This document shows, in pieces, positions 38,496 to 51,700 of a stretch of 64,000 nt of DNA. The DNA is from Azolla caroliniana (Eukaryota; Plantae; Polypodiophyta), in the NCBI GenBank assembly GCA_043228905.1, contig JBHGNT010000007.1, forward strand, positions 1,178,001 to 1,242,000. Direction: 5' to 3'. Numbering within the stretch: position 1 is the first letter of the stretch; every line of letters begins with the position of its first letter. A program made the translations under genes and the position numbers. The notes below the pieces were generated by a model. It did no database searches, had not been told where the DNA came from, and was given only the letters and a program-made list of their open reading frames with translations.

Positions 38496-39346
38496 TGTTG
38501 TGAACTCGACGTTCCTTATGTCCGACGCTCGGCCACAACCGAGATTCTTTACATACACAGAAAAACAGGTAATGAAACGCGACAGAAAAGGGAGAAATGG
38601 TACACAGGAGGTTTACGTGGAAAACCCCAAAATAAGGGAAAAACCACGGCAGCCCACAGGCTGCAAACTGTCACTATGTAGGAATATACAACAGTGAGTT
38701 CACTGAGGCAACGACCTCGTGCACTCAGATCTTCGCCACAAGCGGCGGTTACAACAGAGGCAACGACCTCGTCTCTCTCTCTCTCTCTCTCTGTACAGTT
38801 ACGCGCTCTCACTTCTTCTTGCACCAACAAGGAAGAATAACAACAACAAAAAACAACCCCTAAAAGTTTGCCCTAAGTCATATTTATACTAATATGACTT
38901 TTCGGCTATTTACAAATGTAGCCTCGATGGGCTCTCAGAAACATATTTACGAATATGTCTCTTCCTCCGGTTCATACCGGGCCTGCACCATCCGGCTCTC
39001 TGTAGTCGGGTACTCCCCATCCGGTTCACACCGGGCCTACACCATCCGGCTCTCCGCAGTCGGGTACTCCCCATCCGGTTCATACCGGGCCTACACCATC
39101 CGGCTCTCCGCAGTCGGGTACTCCCCATCCGGTTCATACCGGGCCTACACCATCCGGCTCTCCGCAGTCGGGTACTCCCCATCCGGTTCATACCGGGCCT
39201 ACACCATCCGGCTCTCCGCAGTCGGGTACTCCCCATCCGGTTCATACCAGGCCTACACCATCCAGCTCTCCGCAGTCGGGTACTCCCCTTTTGTTCGTCG
39301 GCACTGTTCTTCTCCTTTCCCATCCGGAGGGACCTGTCTCCCAACA
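38496..39346 (-). mobile_element. Copia solo LTR (F/G/H clade) inside the B3 extra ORF
   Basis: TGTTG...CAACA termini; perfect TSD ACTTC; shares GCTCGGCCACAACC, TTTACGTGGAAAACCC and CCTAAGTCATATTTATAC with the G and H LTRs. Confidence 0.93.
38967..39288. repeat. Six 54-bp tandem repeats in the solo LTR
   Basis: Unit CCGGTTCATACCGGGCCTACACCATCCGGCTCTCCGCAGTCGGGTACTCCCCAT. Confidence 0.93.
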
Positions 39347-42300
39347 ACTTCCTCCGTGGTGTCGGCCGTCTTTGTATGTTCTGGGGAGTGGGGCGGTGAT
39401 TCTGCCTGGCCCGCACCATTCTCCGTGTGGTCCGATGATAGCGTGGGTTCGTGCAGATGAACCTCCTCTTGGGTAGTGGTTTCAATGTCTGGTATTGTGG
39501 GGGACTCCGCTCGTCGGTCCGCGCTGTTCACCGTCGTTGTAATTTCTGGTGATCGGGCCTAAGGTTCCTCTTCTTCGGTCGTGCCCGGAATTGGCATCGC
39601 GTTGGATTCCTCGTTTGTGCGTGTATTTCCGGCTTGTGTGATCTGGTGAAATAGCTCCTCCTGGCTTTCACCAAAATCATCTAAGAGCTACGCAAGTTCT
39701 TCGGAGTGTTGGTCCGCTAGCGCACAATAGTCTTGCGCTAGGTCCTCTCGTACGACTGCAATGCTCTCCTCATTTAGTTTATAGAACCCTCGACCGTCTT
39801 TTTGCCGGTTCTCCTAGTCCGCATGATATGCGTGAAATTCCGCTGCTTGGGTTGCCCACGCCATCCATCCTTTGTCTAGCACTGTTTTCAATTGCGCTGT
39901 GAACCTCTCCCGATTTGTTTGGAGAAGGATTCGCACGTTATCTGTGATGGCCTGGCAACGGTTGCGTGCGTCCTCCATCGACTTCTAGAGGTTTACAATT
40001 TCTTGTTGTTTAACCGCCGCCGCTTCTTCGTACATGGCCTTCAGGCCCGCCCACAGCTAGGCTTCCTTTGCATGTTGTTCTTCTAATTTCCCCATTTCAT
40101 TGTTTAGGCAGATTTCGAGCTGATGCCTTCTTTCTTGTTCGACCACCAGCTGCTCCTCGAACCATACCTTCTTTTTCTCTAATAAGGCTCGGAGTCCCGT
40201 GATTGCCGCCTGCGATTTCTTTGCGTCCTCCCGTAATTTGGCGTTTTCGTCTTTTGTCCGAATGTGCTAAGCTACCTCTGTAGCAAGTTTCTCTTCAAGG
40301 GTTTTTACTGCCTTCCAGTCGTTAGCCCGTATCTCCTTTCCTCTATCTGAGGATTGGCGTAGTTCAGCTCGAAGGCGGTCAATTTCTGATTCCGCTAGTT
40401 GCACGGCCCTTTTCGCTTTTGAGGCGATGGTGGTCTGAGCCTCAATTTCTTCCTTTAAAGCGTCGATGGTGTGGTTTGGTGGCGAAGTTGCGTGTTGCGC
40501 CGTAGTCGCGTTAGCTTCCAACTCCACGATGCTTTCGTTGGCTTTTTCCAGTTCAGCTTGGGTCAGTTTCACCTTCTTCTAGACATTCTTATTTTTAATG
40601 GCCATCTCCTTGGCCCCCGTGCTGACCTTTGCCAGTTCCCTATGGACTTCGACTAGGGCCGTGTTTAATGGGGGTATCTCCATCCCCACTCGGCGTACCC
40701 CGGCGTTCCTCTGTCTGCCGACCCTGGCTAACCGGTCCTCATCGTCGCTCTCTGTCGTTTGTGTTAGGGCGCGCTCGATCATCTGGCGTTCCGCGTGCTC
40801 TTCGGCCATTCGTTGCGAGGCTTTGACCTGTTGTGTTGCCAGGAATTCCATGAGCTCGAAAGAAGTTCCGAACTGTAAGAGGGCGCTGAACTCATGGGCC
40901 GTATCCGGGATATCTGGATATGCCAAAACCTCGCTTTCCGCCGTCAATACGGCTTTCCCTCGTTGGGACTAGGTCGTAATGATAGGCCGTGGCTCCCGGA
41001 TAATTTCGAATGTGGTATTGGGTTCCGTAGCTGCGGAGCCATTGCCTTCGGTCGGTGTCTCTGTCGCTGTGGGGACGTCTTTGACCAACCCCCGCCCATC
41101 TTTCCTGTCCAGTCTACGCCGTTTCGGTCTGGGGCTATACTGCCGTGTTTCGGTGTCTAGCTCTGGGGTTGCTTCCACGAAACGTGCCGGTTGTTCCTCC
41201 TGTGTTTTCCATGTGTCTGGCTGGTCGGTAGTTGTTGTCCTCGGGTTTGGTTGGGCGGGTTGGGGTTCCTCTTCCCACTCTGGGGCCGCTACCTCAGCTA
41301 ACCTACGTTTCGCGGATCGGGGCGGGGGCGTGGGTCGGCTGGGCTGCGGTGTTGGCAGGCCTCGGGGTGGGAATAGTACCGTAAGGTATTGTTGTATGAT
41401 CGGCCTAAGCTTTTTGCCTGCCTGATACGCATGCAGGCCTTCCCTTAACGTCGGCCCTGTGATGACCCCCCAATCGACCGCACGCCCTTCAAAGGTATCG
41501 ATAATGATGCCCGCCTTCTGCTTGGGCATCCCATATACGTTGACATGTACACAGCAGGAACTTGGCAACTTCACGAAAGAAGGGATCCGGAATCTGCTTC
41601 GTTCTATAGGCCTTGGCGGAGGAGGAATATGGCCTGAAATATCGTTGCAGTGCCTCTGTATGAGGGATTTCGAAATGCCTTTCGCCTAGCGATGACAGGT
41701 CCAACTTCTTCCGGATGGAGGAGTTGGTGACTGTGTCGATGTTAAGCTTCCTAGTGATGTCCATGCAATCCAGGTATGGGGGGTGCTTCTGCGACCCGGA
41801 TGTACCCATCCAGGCGTTTCTCCACGAGCCATCGGCGTAAGGCAGTAGAGATGAAGCTCGGCATCACCAAAGGAGGTTCGTGGGAAGGAGACTGGTGGTT
41901 GCGGTGGGCTGAAGCTCTGTGATAGGATGGAGGAGAAGGTGAGGGGGAGGAGCGATGGGAGCGTTGATAGCTAGAAGATGGGTTTCTGTTTTGTGCAAAA
42001 AATCTTCAATTTCCTTCCTTTTGTGGTTTAGGGTTCATTGGGCGGTGAGCCATCGTGGTGCTGCGTGTTCTTGAACTAGGAGTTTGTGCATGCCTTTAGT
42101 CATTTCAATAGTCGCTATCTTCTCCTTTTTTCTTTTTTTTTGTAACGGTTATCTACAACATATTATTACATTATGGTACAAGTGGGGCCGTCCATTTACG
42201 TTGCGGGTTCTCCAGCTCTGTCCTGTTCGGCGGTGAATGGGTTAGGTGGCGTAGGGCCCAAGTAAGGTTTGAGCCGAAACCCATTCACCTTTTGCCGTAC

Positions 42301-43289
42301 TACTTCCCCAGCCAGCGTACCTAGTTGGAATGTGCCTTGTTCCACTCCAATTATCCAATATGGGCCGGTCCAGCAGAATCGTAACTTCCCTGGCATATGG
42401 CCATGCGAGTTTGGAAAACCAGCACCGCTCGACCCATGGCGAACTCCTTTTCCCTTGCGTTCCGATGTTGATCCACAAACGCTTTATGCCATCGTTGTTC
42501 TTGCTCCAACACATCCATGTTGTGTACGCGTTTTTCCCCGAGTTCGAGGAGTTGGTGGAGCCGTACCTCCTCCGACTTGGCTTCTGATAGTCGGTTCCGT
42601 ACCTGAATTCGCAAACTGGGTACCTGAAATTCGACCGGCATCACAACCTCTAGCCCAAACGCCAGTCGAAACGGTGTTGACTGTATGCTTATTTTGTAGC
42701 TGGTTCTGTACGCCCATAACACACTCTGTAATTTAGTATCCCAGTCCGTTCTATTTTCATTGACGATTTTCTTCAAAATGGTCTGCAACGTCTTGTTGGT
42801 GGATTCTGCTAATCCATTCGCCTGCGGATAATATGGCGTACTCTTCTTATGGACTATGGCGTAATGATGTGTTAGTTCCCAAACCACCGTATTGAGAAAG
42901 TGACTCCCTTGGTCACTGATGAGCTCAATCGGACAGCCGAACCGGCACCAGATGTGCTCGTAAAGGAATCTGGCTGTGATGGCCGCCGTATTTTCCCGTA
43001 GTGCCTTTGCCTCTGCCCACTTGGTGCAATAATCCGTGGCTACCAATATGTATTTATTGCCCGTACGGGCTGCCGCCGGTGTGAAGGGGCCCACAAAATC
43101 CAATCCCCACTTTTGGAAGGGGTCTAGCGATAATACGGGCTAGTGTGGCATCCTTGCGCCCTCCGCGGGCTGGCCCATCCCTTGACACAAATCACACTTT
43201 CTACAATACTCGGATCTTGTTCGGATCAACTGTTATTCCCTCCTTGCTGACTATATGGCCCAGGAGAATCCCGCTGGTCACACCAAAAG

Positions 43290-43560
43290 TGACAGGAACT
43301 ACGCACTCCCGATGAACAACGCTCGGCCACAACCAAGCTTAGAATCAAACACAGAAAACGGGAATGAATGCACGACACAATGGAGAGAAGAGTACAAAGG
43401 ATGTTTACGTGGAAAACCCAAACACGGGAAAAACCACGGCAATCCACTGACTGCTAACTATCACTATGTAACAATATACAATAGATGAACACAGAGGCAA
43501 CAACCTCTTGTTCACTGTCTTCGCCACAGGCGGCGGTTACAACAGAGATACGAACTCTTC

Positions 43561-43595
<35 letters not shown>

Positions 43596-46500
43596 CACTA
43601 TTGCGCTCTAATCTTGCGCCAAGAAGAATGACAACAACATCTTTCTCTAAGTCTGCCCTAAGTCATATTTATACTAATATGACTTTTCGGCTATTTACAA
43701 ATATAGCCCCGATGGACTCTCAAAAAACATATTTACGAATATGTCCCTTCATCTAGTGAGCACTTCTCACCGGGTCTGCATCATCCGACGCTTGACGGGT
43801 ACTCCTCATCCAGTTCTCACCAGGTCCTCCGTAGCCGGGTACTCCTCATCTAGTTCTCACCAGGTCTTCCGTAGCCGGGTACTCTTCATCCGGTTCTCAC
43901 CGGGTTATCCCATCTGGAGAGACCTGTTTCCTAATAAACTCCCCCTTCACTCCGGCATGGGATGTCTTAGTAGTCCGACCCACTTCCGACATGCATCCAG
44001 CTTGTCAGGTGTCAGTACTTTGGTCAACATATCTGACCCGTTCTTGACCGTGTGGATCTTCGTCAGCGCGAACTCCTGGTCATCTACTCTTTCCCGGATC
44101 CAGTGATACCTACGTTGGATATGCTTCGTCCGGGAATGGTAGGCCGCATTCTTAGCAAGGTGGATGGTACATTGACTGTGGCAATAGAGCCGGTATTCAT
44201 CTTGTCGGATACCGAGCTCTCCGATGAAGTCCTTCATCCATAATATTTCCTTGCCGGCTTCCACAGCCGCCATGTACTCTGCCTCCGTGGTTGACAAAGA
44301 AACCGTCTTCTACAGCCTCGACTGCCACAAAACAGCTCCCCCTGCATATGTCATTACATACCCGGATGTAGACCGGCTGGTATCCACATCAACCGACATG
44401 TCCGAATCGGTAAAACCGTCAAGTTGAGGTTTACCGGAGCCAAATCGGAGACACACATTCGAAGTGCCTTTCAAATACCGAAGTATCCATTTGATCGCGT
44501 TCCAGTGCTCCTTGTCGGGATTGCTCATAAACCGGCTCACCACTCCGACTGCGTATCCTATATCCGGTCGGGTACACACCATTGCGTACATTAAGCTCCC
44601 ATGGCAGAGGCATATGGAATCTTCATCATATCAGCCTTCTCTGCTTTTGTCTTCGGGCTTTGCTTACCGGATAATCTGCAGTTTTCCTGGAGTGTCTATC
44701 CGATCGGTTTCGCTTTTAACATGTTGAATCGCTGAAGCACTTTTGTCACGTATTTCTCTTGTGACAACCACAATTGCTTCGTTGGCCGGTTCCGAATGAT
44801 ATGCATCCCCAGCATCTGTCTTGCCGGACCCAAGTCTTTCATTGAGAAGGTCCGGTTGAGAGCCTTCTTCAGCATCCGTATTTTGGCTTGGTCTCGTTCG
44901 ACGATCAACATGTCGTCGACGTACAGAAGGAGTATCAGGGAGTCGCCTCCTTCGAACTTCTTCACAAACACGCAATGATTGGCCTGCGTCTTGTGGTACC
45001 CTTGATCGGTCATGAAGGAGTCGAACTTCCAGTACCATTATTGGGGGGCCTGCTTCAACCAGTAGAGGCTCTTCTTCAACCGGCAAACCAGGTGCTCCTT
45101 CCCTTTCTCCACGAATCCTTCCAGTTGTTGCATGTAGATCTCCTCTTCGAGGTCACCGTGAAGGAATGCCGTCTTCACATCTAGCTGCTCTACCTCGAGG
45201 TCCATGCTTGCTGCTATACTCAGCACCGTCCGGATGGAGGTCATCTTTACTACTGGGGCAAATATCTCGTCGAAGTCCACGCCCTTCTTCTGCTGGAACC
45301 CCTTCACCACAATCTTGGCTTTGTATCTCGGGGGTTTGCCGGCATCTCCTGGTTTCAACTTGTACACCCAGTTATTTCGGAGTGCCCGCATTCCTTTCGG
45401 CAACTCCACCAATTCGTACGTATGGTTCTCATGCAAGGAGTCCATCTCATCCTGCATGGCACTTAACCATTTGCGGTTGTGGGTGTCAACCTTCGCTTCT
45501 TCGAAGCTTTCCGGCTCCCCCTCATCGGTCAGCAGCACATGCTCTGCATCCGGAAATCTCCCGGGGGGGGGGGGGGGGGGGGGGCCTTCTCTCTCTGAGA
45601 GGATATCTCCGTCTTTGGGCTTCGGTAACCGGCTCCTCCATTTTCTCTTCATCTGAATCCGATTCGGGGCCTTGGCTGGTTCCGGTTTCAGCCTGTTCGG
45701 TATCCTCACCATAACTGGCTGGTTCCTCGAGTGCTAACCGGTCTCTTGCCGGTTGGGTATGGACATCGTAGAATCGATCCTCACCGGTCGACTCGGAGTT
45801 CATTACCTTCTTCTCCAACTCCCAGTCGGCGAGCGTCTTGTCCTCCATGAAGATAATATCTCGACTCCGGAATACCTTCTTGTTGATCGGGTTCCACACT
45901 CGGTAGCCGAACTCATCGTCGTCGTAACCGAGCAATATGCATGGTCGGGGCTTTGGATCTAACTTTCCTCTCCGATCCTTAGCAACATGCACGTACGTGA
46001 GACACCCGAACACCTTCAGATGCCGGTAGGACACTTCCTTACCAATCCATACTCTCTGCGGCGTGTCTCCGTCCAAGGGTACTGAGGGTGATCTGTTTAT
46101 CACATATGTCGTTGTCGACAGTGCCTCATCCCAAAACCTCTTGGGTAATTTTGCATGGCCAGCATACTCCGGACCCTCTCCATTATGGTCCGGTTCATCC
46201 TATCGGCCAGCCCGTTTAGTTCCGGCATCTTTGGCACGGTAAATTCGAGCCGGATTCCCTTCGAGCGACAGTACTCCTCGAACTGCCCCCAATATTCACC
46301 TCCGTTATCTGCTCGAACCGCCTTCAGCTTCTGGCCAGTTTCTCTTTCCACTCTCACGTGGAGCTCTTTGAAGACGGATAGCACCTGATCCTTCGTCTTC
46401 AATGGTGTGGCCCACAGCTTCCGGCTATGGTCATCTATGAACGTCACGAAGTACAGCGATCCTGCATGTGACTTCGTGTCCACTTGACACATATCAGTAT

Positions 46501-48288
46501 GCACCAACTCCAGTGGTGCATTACGTCTCATCAGTAGCCTTGGTCGGAAGGAGGTCCGGTTTTGCTTACCGGCCAGACAATCAGTACACTTCTCCAAGTG
46601 CATGTTCTTCACTGGAATGAGGTTGTCGTCTGCCAGCCTATTCATCCTCTTCTCGCTTATGTGACACAGCCTTTTGTGCCACAGCTCACCGGCAGTGTCG
46701 GATGCCATGTTCACTTCTTCCAGGCATAACCGGGCATTCATCAGGTACAACATGTTTACCTTCCGGGCCCGAGCCACAATCAGGCTCCCTTTGTTGAACT
46801 TCATAACACCGTTCCGGATGCTACCCGTGTAGCCTTCATCATCTAGCCGACCGGCTGATATCAGGTTCAGACGAACCTCCGGAACGTGTCGGACATCCTT
46901 CAACAGCAGCTTGTATCCGGTTGGTGTTGTCAACCACACGTCTCCTATGCCGATAATTCGACATATACCTTCATTCCCCATCCGGACACAGTTGTGATCA
47001 CTGGCTGAGTAGGATGAGAAGCATTTCCGGTCCGGGGTAAGGTGGAACGATGCTCCGGAGTCGACCACCCAGGTCATCTCATCGCCGGCAAGGTTTAACT
47101 CACTCCCCTTAGTGATAAGCATCAACTCTTCTTCACTTGCCGCGATTGCCGTCGTTCCCTTCCGGTCCGGCCCCCTCTGGTCTTTACCGTTCTGGTCCGG
47201 TGTCCGCTTCGAATCGGTATCGTCGGTTTCCTTATCTTTTCGAAAGTGCCGACAATTCTTCTAGAAGTGTCCCGACTTGCCGCAATAGAATTAAGTAGGC
47301 CTCCCCCTTGACTTTGACCGTGTCCCCGACTTTTCCCAATTCTGGGGGCTACGGTTCCTTTGTCTTCCGCGTTCCGATTCGGTAAGGAGCGCTTTGGAGT
47401 CAGAGCTTGTATCCTTATCTTTCCGACGCGCCTCCTCATCTAGCAAGCTCGACTTCACTCTTGCTAGGGATAACCGTTTCCCTTCCGGCCCGGCGTTGCC
47501 CAAAGTGACAACCAACGTCTCCCAGCTGTCTGGGAGGGAACCGAGCAGGAGTAGCGCTAGTACCTCATCAGCGAGAGGTACTTCCAATGATGTTGCCTGG
47601 TAGAACAGCCCCTGGAAGGCATTCATGTGCTCCGCCATGCTGGAGCCATCTTGGTACCGGAGTCTTACTAGCTTCCGAAATACTGAAACTTGATTAACAG
47701 CATTTTTGTTTTGAAACATAATGTTGATCTTCTCCCAGAGCTCATGAGCCTTGCTCTCTTCATTGAAGTTGTTATATAGACTCATGTCAATGAAGCACCG
47801 TATGTACGTCGTTGTCTTCATGTGCATCACCTCCCATATCGTGGCGTCGATTTTGTCCGGTCTCTTTTCCCCGAACTGAACCGGCAACCAAAGATCTTTA
47901 ACCATGAGCATGTCCCTCATCTTCGACTTCCACACCGAATAGTTGGAGCCGGTGAGATTGAACATACCTCCCAACGAATCGTCCATTTTCTGTTTCGTTT
48001 CGCTCTGATACCACTTTGACAGGAACTACGCGCTCCCGATGAATAACGCTCGGCCACAACCAAGCTTAGAATCAAACACAGAAAACGGGAATGAATGCAC
48101 GACACAATGGAGAGAAGAGTACACAAGATTTTTACGTGGAAAACCCAAACACGGGAAAAACCACGGCAGTCCACTGACTACTAACTATCACTATGTAACA
48201 ATATACAATAGATGAACACAGAGGCAACATCCTCTTGTTCACTGTCTTCGCCACAGGCGGCGGTTACAACAAAGATACAAACTCTTCG

Positions 48289-48336
<48 letters not shown>

Positions 48337-48717
48337 CACTATTGCGCTCTAATCTTGCGCCAAGAAGAATGACAACAACATCTTTCTCTAAGTCTGCCCT
48401 AAGTCATATTTATACTAATATGACTTTTCGGCTATTTACAAATATAGCCCCGATGGACTCTCAGAAAACATATTTACGAATATGTCCCTTCATCTGGTGA
48501 GCACTTCTCACCGGGTCTGCATCATCCGGCGCTTGCCGAGTACTCCTCATCTGGTTCTCACCGGGTCTTCCGTAGCCGGGTACTCCTCATCCGGTTCTCA
48601 CCGGGTCTTCCGTAGCCGGGTACTCCTCATCCGGTTCTCACCGGGTCTTCCATAGCCAGGTACTCTTCATCCGGTTCTCACTGGGTCATCCCATCCAGAG
48701 GGACCTGTTTCCTAACA
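43290..48717 (-). mobile_element. Ty1/Copia element G, full length with disrupted polyprotein
   Basis: LTRs 43290-43936 and 48017-48717; TSD AAAAG; Met-i PBS 48002-48013; PPT 43937-43947; gag 47291-47986, protease/integrase 45522-47125, RT/RNase H 43947-45560 with stops and frameshifts. Confidence 0.96.
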
Positions 48718-51700
48718 AAAAGCACATTTCGCGGGATTCACGCTTAAGCATGCGGTGTGGCAACGTTCCAAGCACAGTTGTAAGTGCGTAAAATGGTCTA
48801 TTGTTCTCCCATATACCACAAAGTCGTCTAAAAAAACTTGCATGAATGCCGGAATGATCTCCGTAATTGTCCGTTGAAATGTTGTCGGCGCCGTCTTTAG
48901 CCCGAACATCATGACGACTGCCACATATACTCCCCAGTCCGTGACAAATGTCGTCTTTTCTTGGTCCTCGGGATGCATGCGTACCTGGTAATAGCCACTG
49001 AAGCCATCTAAAAAACTGTACATCTCATGCCCTGCGACGGTGTCCAGTACGGTGAAGGGTAAGGGAAATGCGTTCGTAATGGTTACCGCGTTTAATTTTC
49101 GGTAATTTACGCATATCCATATTTTGCCGTTTTTCTTTGGAACGACCACTATCGGGCTTAAACATGTCGCTTGTTTAACTGGTCGTATGAACCCCGCCTT
49201 CAGGAGCTTCTCAATTTCTTCTTTCACACGGGTCGCGTAGTTCGGGTTCATGCGGTAGCGGCGCTACTAGACGGGTTTCGCGTTGGTTGCTAGATTGATC
49301 TTATGCTGATAGAACTTGGGATCTAACCCCTTCATGTTCTCGTGAGCCCAAGCGAACACATCCTTATATTCCGGGAGTAGTGCGATCATCGTGTTTCGTT
49401 GGTCCGGCCTTAATTCCTTTGCGATGGAGAGGAAACGGGGCTCCGATTCCGTACCCACATTTACTTCTTCCAGGGTGGAAGCGGTGACTCGTCGTGAAAT
49501 CTCCATTTCCCTTTCGAATGTCGCCCGTGCTCTACTAAGTTCCAATATGGACTCTAGGTTTGGTTCGTAAGCCTCGTCGTGGAGCATAGTGGTCGTGGCA
49601 TATCCTGCCGCAGTTGCGATGACGTCGATTTCAAACAGCGGAATGATCCGTGGGTGCTCATCTAGGTATGCCTCTAATTCTGCATATTTATAACTTCTGC
49701 GTATAATGGTGTTCTACCCTTGGGTTGTGGCGTGCTTCCTTCCGTAGGTACGCGAACCTTGGTGCATCCGTGTCGGAAACAGATACACTTGTGTTGCCAG
49801 CTCTGCTTGATATTTGTTGCCCGAAGCCATGGTCTGCCCAAAAGCACTGGGTACGCCCCTGGGGCGTCCAAAGCGAGGACGATTGCCGAGACGTCGAAGC
49901 GGTGTCCACCCACGATAATGCCTATTTTGCGAATTAACCCCAATGGTCGTACTGAGCGGGTATCTGCCATTCGGAGCCAGAATGGGCAAGCCTCCCATTC
50001 TGAAATGCCTAACTGCTCACAAGTTTTCACGCTAATTACATTGACGCCCAAGCCGTCGTCGATTACGCATCCAGGAATTTCTTGTCCGTGTAATATTAAT
50101 GTAATAGTCGGGTTGTGTTGATCTACTACCGGCGGTCCGTCGCTAACGTCTGTAAGGTTTGTAGCGACACTCATCCCGGGTATGCCTGTCACCCGTTCTT
50201 CCATGGTTTGGCAAAAGCGTGTTTGACTAGCTGCAGTAGTTTCTCCATGGTTAATGTTATCTCACAGCCTGCTAACGCCTGCCAAATGGGGTCTGGGACT
50301 GGCCTTTCGTCCTCTGCTCGCTCCATTGTGTTCGCGGACTCCTTCCGCATGCGTTCCGTATTTGGCGCATTTGCTTTTTCCACCCATGCTTGGGCTTGTC
50401 GGCGTATCTCGTCTTGCGCAGCCCAATCAACCGTTTTTGTTTGCTGGTGTGTCGTGACTTGCTGCACTTCCGCCGTAATCGTATTGACAGTAGGCCCCTT
50501 TCCCTTGCGTGTTGGGCATTGCGTGGCATAATGTCCGGGCTGTTGACAAATAAAACAATGGATGCTTAATTCACCTTTCTCAGCTCCTAGTGGTGTGTGC
50601 CGCTCCCCTGGTGCTACTTGCTCCTCGCGGTCCGGCCTCGTTTGTCAAAACGTACGCGCTGGTTGTTGTTGGTCCCGTCGTTGTTCCTGGTGTCGCTCAT
50701 CTCCCGAGCTTTCGTCGTAACGCTGGTGATCTCGATATTGCCATGGCTTACCACAATAACCATTGAAGCCGCCCCGTTTGTTTGTCGGTCGGTGATTCTC
50801 GTAGCGCCGACCCCCTTTAGCATAACTCGGATGTCCATGATAATCCTCGTCCTCTAGTTCGTCCTCCTCGGAATCGTTGTGATTTCGGCGATTCCGGTGG
50901 TGCCGATCATCCCAAGGGTTGCGATCCCTATACCGTGGTCGGTCTTCTTGCCTCCTTTGTTCAGTCCGGTGTGGTGGACGCCAGGTGTCCATGCTGCAGA
51001 CTGCGGGAGTGGCTCTGTTCAACATATTGTATTCGCATTGGTCGACTGTGTGAGCCTTCGAGTGGCAGATTGGGCAGTGGATTCGCATATTGCACTCCAC
51101 TGCGGAATGCCCCGAGTTCAAGCAAATCGTGCACTAGATTGCTTGACGAAACTGGCGTTCCTCGTCCTGGGGTAACGCTTGTCATAAGGAGGACATAGAA
51201 AACCTTTCCTCCTCCTCGTCCAACTCGAGCTGTAACGCTCGTTCAATGACCATATCCGTTGTTTCCCCTTTCACGTTATTGTTGTTGAGCGTTGCCCGGA
51301 TGGGTCGGCGTAATGCTGCTAGAAATGTTTCTCGAGCCTCGTCCTCCGCGGGGTAGGCAAAGGCCATGCTGGGGGCGACGACGGGTCGGGAAAGACCACA
51401 GGGTGGTTGTGGTGAGCGTAGTCCCCGCGTCTCGTCGAGGTATTGGGAGAACGAAGAATCACCTTTGTAATCACGGCAGGTAGTACTGAGGTTGCTGAGG
51501 CGAGGCTTTTGTCGTGCGCGTTCTTCTGCCTGGCATGTGACGGACCTTGTTATTGGCCGGTCTTGTCGTGTTGGTTCACTGGGGCGTCTGCGGCTAAACA
51601 TCCATTCGTCGTTGCTCGTCTATGAGAAGACACAGATCACCAAGCGTGCCAAAAGTGTTGCCAATTAGGAACACGGTCCGCGGTTAGTCCTTCGACCTAG

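Larger units (their letters stand above)
38264..42050 (-). pseudogene. B3 extra 3' ORF, most complete copy (about 2.9 kb without the solo LTR); disrupted
   Basis: Fragments 41489-41809, 40969-41574, 40579-40947, 40267-40572 and 39253-39531, ending TEPNIRAILEED. Colinear with the B2 553-aa ORF and B1 16950-18570. Start is approximate. Confidence 0.8.

Noticed and set aside
38967-39288. Regular repeat array resembling CRISPR, and the repeat-encoded ORFs 38894-39460 and 38910-39485
   Set aside because: The units are contiguous with no unique spacers, lie inside a Copia LTR, and there are no cas genes. The ORFs are by-products of a 54-bp stop-free unit.
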